Source: a virus. From it: DNA of 64,000 nucleotides. The translations under genes were made by a program, and so were the position numbers. The notes under the pieces are model-generated. The model saw only the letters and a list, made by a program, of their open reading frames with translations. It was not told the origin of the DNA and did no database searches. Shown in pieces: positions 53,544 through 61,386 of the stretch. The stretch is taken from the IMG/VR virus record IMGVR_UViG_3300024981_000003, one strand, 5' to 3'. Each line of letters opens with the position of its first letter. The stretch's first letter is position 1.

Positions 53544-53807
53544 TTAGAGTTGTGCGAGTTCCCCGTTCAAGGCGGCGAGCTGCGTTTGATAGATCTGGAT
53601 CGCGAACGCGAAACACTGCTGCGACGTCTGCTCGTCGAGCTGACCGAGAATGATGTCGTGCGTCATGTGCGATGCCGGATCGAACATCTTCATCGAGGTG
53701 ACGACGAAGTTGCCGGCGACGGCCGACTGCAGGAGCGCCAGCATTTCAGTGCGGGCGTCGATCGAGGCGACAAGCGGTGTTGCCGTGCGGACGGCTGCGA
53801 TTTCCAT
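53544..53807 (-). CDS. Hypothetical protein (87 aa)
   Basis: ATG at 53807 with a GGAGAG SD. Only the last 87 codons of track ORF 53544-54470 look protein-like. Confidence 0.5.
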   Translation of the reverse strand: MEIAAVRTATPLVASIDARTEMLALLQSAVAGNFVVTSMKMFDPASHMTHDIILGQLDEQTSQQCFAFAIQIYQTQLAALNGELAQL

Positions 53808-53820
53808 GAGCGGGCTCTCC

Positions 53821-54522
53821 TCATACGATCTTGAAGGACATTCCGACTGCGTTGTAGGCGTTGCCCGAGGTGCCCGGGTATTTGACGGCGGTGTTCGCCG
53901 ACGCCGACAGTATCCACGACGCGAACCAGCCGGTATTGCCGATGCCGGACCCCGTTGCCCCGCCCTCGTTGTTGGTCCACGGCGACTGCGCCGGCTGGGC
54001 GTCGTTGGCGTCGAGTGCGAGCGCATAGAGCAGTTCGTTCGGCCCCGAGACCGGAATGATCGGCGTGGTGATTGCGCCGGTGCCGCTTGCGAATGCACCA
54101 TTGTCATAGGTCGGCACACCGCTCGACGGCGCGAAGTCGTCGACCCAGATCGCGACAACGACGGATGAACGCCCGAACGTCGCGGTGATTGTCTTGTCGG
54201 CATTGGCCGGGGTGTTGGCGAGATAGGCGAGAAACGCCTGGCCGACGGCTGCCACGTTCGTGGAGCCGCTGCCGTGACCCTCAATGGTGTAACTGTTACC
54301 ATTGCCGTCGCTGACGGAAACCGTGGTCGCCGACGCGCCACCGTCGTAAAAGCCGAGACCGACACACACGACGTGTCCCGGCTGAGGATTGGAGGCGAGC
54401 GACACCGAGACGGTTGTTCCGGAGCTCGACGCGGCGACGCCCGTCTGCGCCTTCGAAAACGTATTCGCAACCGGACGTTTGAACGGCGGAACGATGAGCT
54501 GAGGCGTAATGATGAGCGACAT
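53821..54522 (-). CDS. Fibre-cassette protein C (233 aa), paralog of 22825-23517
   Basis: Ser/Gly/Thr-rich beta-type sequence. Stop/start overlap with the upstream gene. Confidence 0.55.
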   Translation of the reverse strand: MSLIITPQLIVPPFKRPVANTFSKAQTGVAASSSGTTVSVSLASNPQPGHVVCVGLGFYDGGASATTVSVSDGNGNSYTIEGHGSGSTNVAAVGQAFLAYLANTPANADKTITATFGRSSVVVAIWVDDFAPSSGVPTYDNGAFASGTGAITTPIIPVSGPNELLYALALDANDAQPAQSPWTNNEGGATGSGIGNTGWFASWILSASANTAVKYPGTSGNAYNAVGMSFKIV

Positions 54523-55268
54523 CAGCCGGCTCTCGCCTGCCAGCCGCGCACGGTGCCGATGATCGTCGTCGAGTTGGCCGACGGCGTGAAGGCTTCCTCC
54601 GCCACGAACTGGATGTAGAGCGTGACGTTGCCCGATACTGGCTTGGTGACGACGAAGCCGCCGGCTGGCGTATAGTTGGCGTCACGAAACGACGGCACGA
54701 GACGGCCGACAGAGCCGTCGGAGAAGCCCGTCTCCATCGTTCCGACGAAGGTTCCGATGTAGCCGTTTTTCTTCTGGTTATAGGCCGCGTTGTCGCCGCC
54801 TGAAACGCCGGACGACGCCGTCGGGTCGGCGTTGAAGAGATTGGCGCGGAGTTTCTTGCCGGCCAATCCCGTGTCGGTCGACGAGATAAGGATATCGGCG
54901 AGAAAGACCGGGTCATCGTTGACGTCGGAGACGCTCGCCGACAGGGCCGTCACGGAACCGGCCGTGGCGCTGTTGGAAATGGAATCGGCCGCCGCGTAAG
55001 CCGTCGTGTTGGCGGGCCGGGTGAGCGTCGTGAAGGCGGCGGCGAAGCACTTGTTCGCAAGCCCCTTGCCGCCGAGCGGCGAGTTCGGCGAGATGGCGAC
55101 GACCAGTGCCGGATCGGTTGCAACCGGTGGGGTCGACGCCGCCTTGACCGGCACGCGATCGGTTCCGCTGGCGCCCGAGATGGCAACGACCTGGCGCTTG
55201 ACGCCAGCGCCAATGTCGATGTCCTCGATGACTTCGCCGGTGCCGGGAAGCGTGGTGTTGTCGGCCAT
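54522..55268 (-). CDS. Fibre-cassette protein B (248 aa), paralog of 24772-25482
   Basis: Shared blocks TRPANTTAYAAADSISN / SRPNDATAYAVGDLIAN and STDTGLAGKKLRANLF / TTDTAFAGKIVRLHLY. Confidence 0.6.
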   Translation of the reverse strand: MADNTTLPGTGEVIEDIDIGAGVKRQVVAISGASGTDRVPVKAASTPPVATDPALVVAISPNSPLGGKGLANKCFAAAFTTLTRPANTTAYAAADSISNSATAGSVTALSASVSDVNDDPVFLADILISSTDTGLAGKKLRANLFNADPTASSGVSGGDNAAYNQKKNGYIGTFVGTMETGFSDGSVGRLVPSFRDANYTPAGGFVVTKPVSGNVTLYIQFVAEEAFTPSANSTTIIGTVRGWQARAG

Positions 55269-55284
55269 GATCGCGCCTTATGGG

Positions 55285-55704
55285 TTACGCGTTGCCAGCC
55301 GTGATGCTGAACGATGCGACGCTGACGGACTGAGCGTTGGCGATCGAGTTGTTGTCGAGGGTCATGTCGCCACCGCCACCCGAGGCGCTGACGCTACCCT
55401 GCATGTGGCAGGTCGTGTCGCCGGAATCGTAGATGCGGAAGAAGGTAGCGGCCGTGCCCGCGCCCGCGCCCGACTGGCCCGTGAGCGTCCACGATCCGCT
55501 CTTCGATTTGACACCCGAGGCTGCGTTCGCGAGATAATCCGACGGCAGAGATCCTTCGGCGAGCTTGGTGTTGCCGGAGAGCGCGGCGGCGGGGTTCGCG
55601 GGCACGGTGCCGCTGTAGAGCCGGAGAATTGGCGCGGTGCCGATCGCGGTTTCGACAGCGTCGAGTTTGGCGTTGCGCACGGCGGTCGAGTATTGGAGCG
55701 TCAT
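55285..55704 (-). CDS. Fibre-cassette protein A (139 aa), paralog of 24341-24748
   Basis: See 24341-24748. Roughly 45% identical by eye. Confidence 0.6.
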   Translation of the reverse strand: MTLQYSTAVRNAKLDAVETAIGTAPILRLYSGTVPANPAAALSGNTKLAEGSLPSDYLANAASGVKSKSGSWTLTGQSGAGAGTAATFFRIYDSGDTTCHMQGSVSASGGGGDMTLDNNSIANAQSVSVASFSITAGNA

Positions 55705-55735
55705 GGTGCGGATCCTGCGATTGGCGGTTTAAACC

Positions 55736-56011
55736 TTACGAGCGGACATTGACGAGACCGGACATGCCGGGGGTAACCGGCGTGGCCAGAATGCTGTCGG
55801 TCGCGGCGATGGTGAGCGAGCGATGCTCGAAGGGGCGCAGCACGTCAGCCGCAGCCGACAAGGCGTCTCCGGTCGAGACGCTCGAGCCGATGCGGATTTT
55901 AAGATCGCTGCCGGGCGACAAGTTCTGCACAGTGGCCGACGTCGGACCGGCGGCAAGGATCTGCGTCCACACACCCGCCGGAAGCGCGGTCTGCACCATA
56001 GTCGTGGCCAT
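55736..56011 (-). CDS. Hypothetical protein (91 aa)
   Basis: Track ORF directly after terL. Confidence 0.5.
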   Translation of the reverse strand: MATTMVQTALPAGVWTQILAAGPTSATVQNLSPGSDLKIRIGSSVSTGDALSAAADVLRPFEHRSLTIAATDSILATPVTPGMSGLVNVRS

Positions 56012-56020
56012 GATTGTTCC

Positions 56021-57748
56021 TCAGAAAAAGCCGATGATATCGATGGTTTTGATCTGGCTCGGCGCGGTCGCGATCATCACGCTGTCGGCGCGGTTCGGCG
56101 ACATGAAGCCGTCGGGCGTCTTGTCGATGACGATCTTGCCGGCGTTATCGTGCTTGTAGACGATCTGGCAGAGTTCGCTTTTGAGCTGTGCCAGCTCCGA
56201 AATCTCCGACGACAACGAGATGAGAAGATCGGGATTGAAACCGCCGAGCGTCTTGCCCTTGATAGCGCAATAGGTCGCGTAGATGCGATCGCGCAAATAC
56301 CACCACCCCTGCGCCTTGGCGTTTTTGAACATATCCTTGTTCTTGATGCGGTTCGTGCCGCGTTCGGGACGCTTGCCCGTCGCATCCGGAAGCTCGTCGA
56401 CGCCTCCCGGAACGTAGAACGCTTCCGGCATCCAGACTTCGCCCGACGGGCTCCATCCCTCGACCGTGATGCCGTCGGCCTTGTGGTTTTTGTTCCGCAG
56501 CGCTTCGGCCGCACCGGCTCCGACGCCCGTGGTTTCGTAGCGCAAGCCTTGTGCACCGAAGAGTTTGCCCTCGCCGTAGGCCCAGTGACCGGCTTCGCCG
56601 GCCGACGCGCCGACCAGTGATTTCACCTCGGTGACTTGGCAGCCGTACATCAGGCAACAGGCGGCAGGATCGCGGCCGCCGTCAGCAGGATCGAGAGCCG
56701 CGAAACGCCTGCCCGTAATTTTGAGACCGAGTTTGTCGGCGGCGCCGACGATGGCTTCGACCCACGGCCCCTTGATCAACTGGCCTTCGACGCCCGCCGT
56801 CGCGTCACGCAGGTATTCTTGCGCGTAGAGATGGCCGAGGCCTTTGGCGGTCAGTTCCGCCTCTTTCGTCGCCTTCCACTCGGGCGTGTGCCACGGGGCG
56901 TCGTCGATGTCGAAAATGAATTTTCTGGGCTCGGTCGCGCACCACTGATTGAAGAGGGTGCCGACCAGAGGAGATGAAATGTCGATGCGGCAGTCTGTTG
57001 TCGCCGTCAGAGCGGCTTCGAGCGCCGCCGGTCGTTCGATATGCGCGGCTTCGTCGATGAAGTAGACCGAGGTTCGGCCGCCGCGGCCGATGTTGTCGCC
57101 CGCTTCGCCGACGATCGCAGACGCGTTTTCGGGATTGACGATGCGCCGGTGATTGAAGTGCGCCTTTTCGTTCAATCCGACCGGTTTCATGTACCAGGGC
57201 AGATTGCGGATGATCGAGCGGATTTTCTCGAAGATCGAAGACGGCTCGCCGCGGATGTCGACGAGTTCTTCCTTGCGCGAACCGAAGCCGACGGACGCGC
57301 CATCGGTGAAGAGCCACATATGGACCGCGAAGGCCGATGCCATCCACGTCGCGCCGCTATCGCGCGACTTCTCGACCGGAGCTGATGTGCGGGTGCGGGC
57401 CCGCTCGATCATCCAGTTCAGAAAGTCTTCTTGCTTCGCGAACGGGCAGACGGGCAGTTTTGTCGGCAGCCCGAGCGCGGCGTTGCGCGGTTCGTGCACC
57501 CAGACGCAGTCTTTGACGAAGTCGACGATCGATGCGGCGTAAAACTTCTTCGCGCCGGCGATGAGCACGGCTTGCGGCGGGCGATCGTCGCCTTTGCGAG
57601 TAGCCTTCGGCGCGGAATTGATATGATGCTCGAGTTCCATACGCCGACGGATTTCGGCGAGAAACATCGGCGCCGTCGGCCAGACGAGTTCGGCGGGCGC
57701 AGGTTCAGCGACCGGCGCGGCGGGCGCGACAGAGACGAGCGCGGTCAT
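56021..57748 (-). CDS. terL: Terminase large subunit
   Basis: 575 aa. ATPase region VEKSRDSGATWMASAFAVHMW and VYFIDEAAHI. Follows terS. Confidence 0.9.
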   Translation of the reverse strand: MTALVSVAPAAPVAEPAPAELVWPTAPMFLAEIRRRMELEHHINSAPKATRKGDDRPPQAVLIAGAKKFYAASIVDFVKDCVWVHEPRNAALGLPTKLPVCPFAKQEDFLNWMIERARTRTSAPVEKSRDSGATWMASAFAVHMWLFTDGASVGFGSRKEELVDIRGEPSSIFEKIRSIIRNLPWYMKPVGLNEKAHFNHRRIVNPENASAIVGEAGDNIGRGGRTSVYFIDEAAHIERPAALEAALTATTDCRIDISSPLVGTLFNQWCATEPRKFIFDIDDAPWHTPEWKATKEAELTAKGLGHLYAQEYLRDATAGVEGQLIKGPWVEAIVGAADKLGLKITGRRFAALDPADGGRDPAACCLMYGCQVTEVKSLVGASAGEAGHWAYGEGKLFGAQGLRYETTGVGAGAAEALRNKNHKADGITVEGWSPSGEVWMPEAFYVPGGVDELPDATGKRPERGTNRIKNKDMFKNAKAQGWWYLRDRIYATYCAIKGKTLGGFNPDLLISLSSEISELAQLKSELCQIVYKHDNAGKIVIDKTPDGFMSPNRADSVMIATAPSQIKTIDIIGFF

Positions 57749-57770
57749 GGCGTTCTCGCTCTGTTCGCAT

Positions 57771-58556
57771 TCAGTTCGGCCGGCCGTTTATCCGCCCCAT
57801 GCGGAAGTCTTCGAAGGCGCGCAGCATCTCTTTGGGATCGGTCACGCCGTCGAGGTTCGGCAGATTGTATTCATGCGACGTCTCGATCGGGCCGCCGTTG
57901 GCGCCGGTGTGTTCGACCTTGGTTTTGACGTAGCCCATGATGCGGGCGATATCGTTGAGCGCGCCGCGCTTGTCGGCCAATTTGACCTCGACGATCTTAT
58001 CGCCGGTGCGCGAGATGGTTTCCCCGATTTGGACGACGGCTTTGAGTTGCACGTCGGTTAGGTCTTTCGAGTTCTTGAGGACGGTGAACTTTTCGGTGCG
58101 CGTCTTGACGTTGCCGTACTTGTCGGTGACGGGCATCCCGGTCTTTTTGTCGAGGATCGGGATTTCGCGCTGACCGAATTCGTAGTAGTCGCGCGGCTTG
58201 GCGAACGCCATCGCGGCGAGTTCCTGAATCACGCGGTCGGCGGAAATGTCGAATCTTTCTGCGACCTTATCGGCGAGGCGAGCGTCCAGTTCTCGAATCT
58301 TGCCTTGAATCTTGGCTTGCGCGAGCAGCTTTGACGCCTTCTCGGCGCGGTACTGGTTGGTGTGCTTGGCGGAGATCGGATAGGCCTTCAGATAGGCGTC
58401 GGCGCCATTGCGGCCGTTGAGGATGTAGGTCTCGCAGAAGAGGAGCATCTGGGGAGAGAAGCTGTCACCGGCGACGGTCTCGCGTGTTCTCTTGACCGTC
58501 TTCTTGGTGCTTGCGGCTTTCCGGCCTTTTCCCTTCTGATTGCGATTGCGTGCCAT
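57771..58556 (-). CDS. terS: Terminase small subunit
   Basis: Basic N-terminus followed by the terminase-small-subunit-like core FCETYILNGRNGADAYLKAYP...AEKASKLL. Position before terL. Confidence 0.8.
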   Translation of the reverse strand: MARNRNQKGKGRKAASTKKTVKRTRETVAGDSFSPQMLLFCETYILNGRNGADAYLKAYPISAKHTNQYRAEKASKLLAQAKIQGKIRELDARLADKVAERFDISADRVIQELAAMAFAKPRDYYEFGQREIPILDKKTGMPVTDKYGNVKTRTEKFTVLKNSKDLTDVQLKAVVQIGETISRTGDKIVEVKLADKRGALNDIARIMGYVKTKVEHTGANGGPIETSHEYNLPNLDGVTDPKEMLRAFEDFRMGRINGRPN

Positions 58557-58697
58557 GACGTACCTACCCCAAAAGCTCCGAGCGGGTGGCCCGGACCTGT
58601 TGTCCTTTCCGATTGTTTGCGTGGTTGAGAGTTTGCTTGCCGATGACGGTGGCCGGCATCCCCCACAGGTGCCGGGCTTTCCACTGGAAGCGGTGCG

Positions 58698-58940
58698 TTA
58701 GTTTGTGATCTGCGGCCGTGCCGGAGATTTGATAAGGTCGATCAGGCAGCGCGCATGATAGGAGTCTTCGCCGTAGAGCGGCCCGATTACGGGCTGTTCG
58801 CCGACATGCTGCCCGCAAACCTTGCATGACCTATGGCGCTCCCACCACGTGTGCCATGCCGCGACGGATTCATTGGTGTTGGCGTCAAAGTGCTGAATGG
58901 CCTTGACGATGACGGCCTTGTGCAGATCATTGACTGTCAT
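58698..58940 (-). CDS. Hypothetical zinc-finger-like protein
   Basis: CKVCGQH...YHARC. Start uncertain (58940 or 58979). Confidence 0.45.
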   Translation of the reverse strand: MTVNDLHKAVIVKAIQHFDANTNESVAAWHTWWERHRSCKVCGQHVGEQPVIGPLYGEDSYHARCLIDLIKSPARPQITN

Positions 58941-58954
58941 GAACACTATCCTGG

Positions 58955-59068
58955 CTATCGCTCTTCCCAGTCCATCCATGAGCGGACGATGGCGGTTAGG
59001 CGTTTCGTGAACTTCAGCTCTGGACGCGGGCGCGCGAATGCGGCGGCCTTGAATTCTGCCAGCGTCAT
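58955..59068 (-). CDS. Possible small protein (37 aa)
   Basis: Hand-translated MTLAEFKAAAFARPRPELKFTKRLTAIVRSWMDWEER. GAGG lies 6 nt upstream. Confidence 0.3.
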   Translation of the reverse strand: MTLAEFKAAAFARPRPELKFTKRLTAIVRSWMDWEER

Positions 59069-59075
59069 CGGAGCC

Positions 59076-59156
59076 TCAAAGAAACAGAGTGAACGCCGCG
59101 ACCGTGAAGAGGATCACGATGGCCACGATGGCATTCACGACCATGAACGATTTCAT
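59076..59156 (-). CDS. Possible single-TM micro-protein (26 aa)
   Basis: MKSFMVVNAIVAIVILFTVAAFTLFL with an AAGGGG SD. Confidence 0.3.
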   Translation of the reverse strand: MKSFMVVNAIVAIVILFTVAAFTLFL

Positions 59157-59179
59157 GGCGACCCCTTGTTTTTCGCTGT

Positions 59180-59512
59180 TCATGCTTCGACGAGTTCCCC
59201 GTTGCGAACCCAGCCGTGCCAAATGCCGTGCGTATGAATCGACGGGGTAATGGTCGGGCTTTCTTCGTTGCCGTCCCATTGCCAAACGGCGCCGTTGTTG
59301 TTGGAGTGACCGATCGAGATCTCGGTCGGGATGTTGATGAATTTTCCGGCCGCGTTCTTGAACGGCAAGATGATCATCAGCCAACGTTTCCCGTCGTCAC
59401 GGGTCTCGAAATAGAATTCGCCGGGCTTGTGCTCCGGACCTTCCCAGAAGTCGCGATTGGCGCGCGGCACCATCTTGATCGGCTCATGGCCGTAGCGCGG
59501 CGTTTCCGTCAT
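59180..59512 (-). CDS. Hypothetical protein (110 aa), resembles DUF6527-type small phage proteins
   Basis: VWQWDGNEESPTITPSIHTHGIWHGWVRNGELV pattern. Recalled similarity only. Confidence 0.45.
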   Translation of the reverse strand: MTETPRYGHEPIKMVPRANRDFWEGPEHKPGEFYFETRDDGKRWLMIILPFKNAAGKFINIPTEISIGHSNNNGAVWQWDGNEESPTITPSIHTHGIWHGWVRNGELVEA

Positions 59513-59667
59513 CGCGTCACCTCGACCTTGATTGCGCGCTTCAAATCGCGGGCTACAACATCAGGATTGACGGGTAGGCCGAGCCAAACGCCCAAGCGCG
59601 TCAGCGTGAGGTACGGCCTTGTCCACCACGCAAGGCGGCAGCGCGCCGTGACGGTGATCTCGGCCAT
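59509..59667 (-). CDS. Hypothetical small protein (52 aa)
   Basis: ATG at 59667 (TGATG overlap). ATGA overlap with the downstream gene. Confidence 0.4.
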   Translation of the reverse strand: MAEITVTARCRLAWWTRPYLTLTRLGVWLGLPVNPDVVARDLKRAIKVEVTR

Positions 59668-59888
59668 CAGTGCACCCTCTGCATTTCGAAGGCTGAAAGA
59701 TCGACCGCCGACCAATAATTGCAGTCGCGCCATTTAACGATGGCGACGCAGGCGTGCTCTTGATCGTCCGTCTCTTCGCCGTCGGAATCGACGTACGACG
59801 TGATGTCGCCGAGTGCGCCGTCTTCGGCACTCACAAGGCCGCTTGCACGGTTGACGGCCTGCACCACCCGTGTTTGCGGGCCGCTCAT
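59667..59888 (-). CDS. Hypothetical acidic protein (73 aa)
   Basis: Track ORF. ATGA-coupled to the wHTH regulator gene. Confidence 0.5.
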   Translation of the reverse strand: MSGPQTRVVQAVNRASGLVSAEDGALGDITSYVDSDGEETDDQEHACVAIVKWRDCNYWSAVDLSAFEMQRVH

Positions 59889-60259
59889 GCGCAGATCCCA
59901 TAGCGCTCTTCGACTTCGCGGCAGGCGTCCCGCTCGATCTGGTCGATGAACGGATTGGGCGACGCGCTGAACCGATGGTGGCGAGAGATTTCATCCGCCA
60001 GGAGTTCGCGCATGAGTTCGATATGGGCCTGCGCCACGTTCCAGCCGCGGTTCCAGACGGTGTGGATTGCAACACCATGCGCCGCGAGCGCACGGCGCAA
60101 TCTATGCACGACGATGTCCAGCACCTCTTTCGGCGCTTCCGGGCCGCCGTCGGCGCGGTTGCTATAGAGCGCCTCGATCAGCTCGTCATGCGAGACGGTC
60201 CGCCCCTCGAGCAGACGCCATGCGATGACGCGCTCGGTTGGAGTGAGCTTGCGCAGCAT
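59885..60259 (-). CDS. Stand-alone OmpR/PhoB-type winged-helix DNA-binding protein (no receiver domain)
   Basis: LTPTERVIAWRLLE..VSHDELIEALY.......VLDIVVHRLRRAL...IHTVWNRGW matches the Trans_reg_C pattern. Confidence 0.6.
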   Translation of the reverse strand: MLRKLTPTERVIAWRLLEGRTVSHDELIEALYSNRADGGPEAPKEVLDIVVHRLRRALAAHGVAIHTVWNRGWNVAQAHIELMRELLADEISRHHRFSASPNPFIDQIERDACREVEERYGICA

Positions 60260-60417
60260 CAGCGTTTCCGGATGGCTTGAGTGACGGTCGGAGCCTTGAT
60301 CGAGCGCACGATCTGGGCCGTGCCCTTTTTGGCGATCGTCGCCGCAGTGCCGATCTGGCCTCTGCGAATGGCCTGGACGAGCTCCGAACGCATCTGTCCG
60401 CAGGTCGAGCAGGCCAT
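60259..60417 (-). CDS. Small basic protein (52 aa), first gene after the copy-2 terminator
   Basis: ATG at 60417 (MACSTCGQMRSEL...) with a GGAGA SD. TGATG-type coupling to the wHTH gene. Confidence 0.4.
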   Translation of the reverse strand: MACSTCGQMRSELVQAIRRGQIGTAATIAKKGTAQIVRSIKAPTVTQAIRKR

Positions 60418-60478
60418 GACATTCTCCGTGAAATTGCGATCCAATGCCTGTCAGCGAGGCAAGCGTAGCCCTTTGAGA

Positions 60479-60491
60479 TCAATCTGATTGA
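60479..60491. promoter_or_regulatory. Perfect 6-1-6 palindrome TCAATC-T-GATTGA (candidate protein-binding site)
   Basis: Lies between the copy-2 terminator and the first downstream gene (ATG 60417). Confidence 0.35.
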
Positions 60492-60527
60492 GGGGCTGTT
60501 GCCAGTGATGTGGCGAGGCGCCAGACA

Positions 60528-60560
60528 GCAAAAAACCCGGCGCGGATGTCCGGCCGGGTT
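60528..60560 (-). terminator. Intrinsic terminator 13 nt downstream (minus sense) of 95-bp repeat copy 2
   Basis: Minus strand reads AACCCGGC-N11-GCCGGGUU followed by UUUUUGC. Confidence 0.7.
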
Positions 60561-60573
60561 CACGTGCGCAGTA

Positions 60574-60668
60574 AGCGACGATAGAAATTACGATGCCAGT
60601 GACCCCGATTTGTCGCAAGGGGGCTGCAATGTTTTTTTATTGTTCGCCATGCGGCGGAGTGTCGCAGT
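60574..60668 (-). repeat. 95-bp perfect direct repeat, copy 2 (non-coding element)
   Basis: Matches 31600-31694 at 95 of 95 positions. Abuts the stop of gene 60671-60895. Confidence 0.95.
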
Positions 60669-60670
60669 CA

Positions 60671-60895
60671 CTAAGGCGAGGTTTGTTTGACAAGCAGCCA
60701 GCGCTCCGTGTCGTTGATGACGACGGGATGGTCGGGGCGCTCGTAGATTTCGAAACGGAGATACGCCTGCGGTCCAGGATCCTGCAGAACATCGTCGGGC
60801 AACGAGCGAAGATAAGGGATCAGCACTTTGCTGCCGTGTTTCACGTTGACGATCTTGCCGTGGCATCGGCCACCGACGAGGTAGACGCGCTTCAT
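60671..60895 (-). CDS. Hypothetical protein (74 aa)
   Basis: Track ORF. The stop abuts the 95-bp repeat. Confidence 0.5.
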   Translation of the reverse strand: MKRVYLVGGRCHGKIVNVKHGSKVLIPYLRSLPDDVLQDPGPQAYLRFEIYERPDHPVVINDTERWLLVKQTSP

Positions 60896-60898
60896 GCG

Positions 60899-61141
60899 TT
60901 ACGCTCTCTCGATCTGCGGCGGCAATTCCACCGTGAAGGTGACCTCGCGTTTCTCGAAATCGATGGATTGGATTTTGACTTCATAGGGCTGAAAATGCTG
61001 CCGCAGAGCGTGGGCGGCCATCTCCTTCGCCTCAGCGAGCGTCAGCCCATCGAGCGGCTCGCTCTCGGATTGCGCAGCAATGCTGTCGATGATTGAGCGA
61101 CGGATGAGTTCATGAAGATCAACAATATTCCCGTCGGTCAT
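60899..61141 (-). CDS. Hypothetical protein (80 aa)
   Basis: Track ORF in a tightly packed early-left gene string. Confidence 0.5.
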   Translation of the reverse strand: MTDGNIVDLHELIRRSIIDSIAAQSESEPLDGLTLAEAKEMAAHALRQHFQPYEVKIQSIDFEKREVTFTVELPPQIERA

Positions 61142-61386
61142 GGTGTGAACTTCCCTCGCATCTCACACGTCGCTAGCCCGAACCCATAAGAAATCACGCG
61201 AGTGAGATACCATTCCATCGTATCACCTGCCACGCTGTTGCGATGCACGGGAATCGGAAAGGCTGACGCGAGAGTGACAGCCTCCCATTGTCGAGCGATA
61301 CGGCGCGGCACGGTGACGATCCCCACGTAGTGCAGCGGTCGCATTACGACATTAGTCCAGAGGAAACGCTCGTCATCCGGAATCAT
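61138..61386 (-). CDS. Hypothetical protein (82 aa)
   Basis: ATGA overlaps at both ends. Confidence 0.5.
   Translation of the reverse strand: MIPDDERFLWTNVVMRPLHYVGIVTVPRRIARQWEAVTLASAFPIPVHRNSVAGDTMEWYLTRVISYGFGLATCEMRGKFTP

Noticed and set aside
53544-54470. 308-aa minus-strand ORF
   Set aside because: Its first about 220 codons are Arg/Pro/Ser-rich and overlap the well-formed gene 53821-54522 in another frame. Only the last 87 codons (from ATG 53807, with a good SD) were kept.
58557-58697. Hairpin GCCGGCA-N11-TGCCGG upstream of terS as a cos/pac site
   Set aside because: Only position suggests this. It has no terminal-repeat or cohesive-end signature that can be judged from the sequence alone.
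60186-60563. 125-aa minus-strand ORF across the copy-2 terminator
   Set aside because: It runs through the terminator hairpin, overlaps two better-supported genes in another frame, and has an Arg/Ser/Pro-rich composition.
60607-60669. 20-codon minus-strand ORF MANNKKTLQPPCDKSGSLAS inside the 95-bp repeat (also at copy 1)
   Set aside because: No Shine-Dalgarno precedes its ATG (the upstream sequence is CTCCGCCGC). It is kept only as a remote possibility of a leader peptide.
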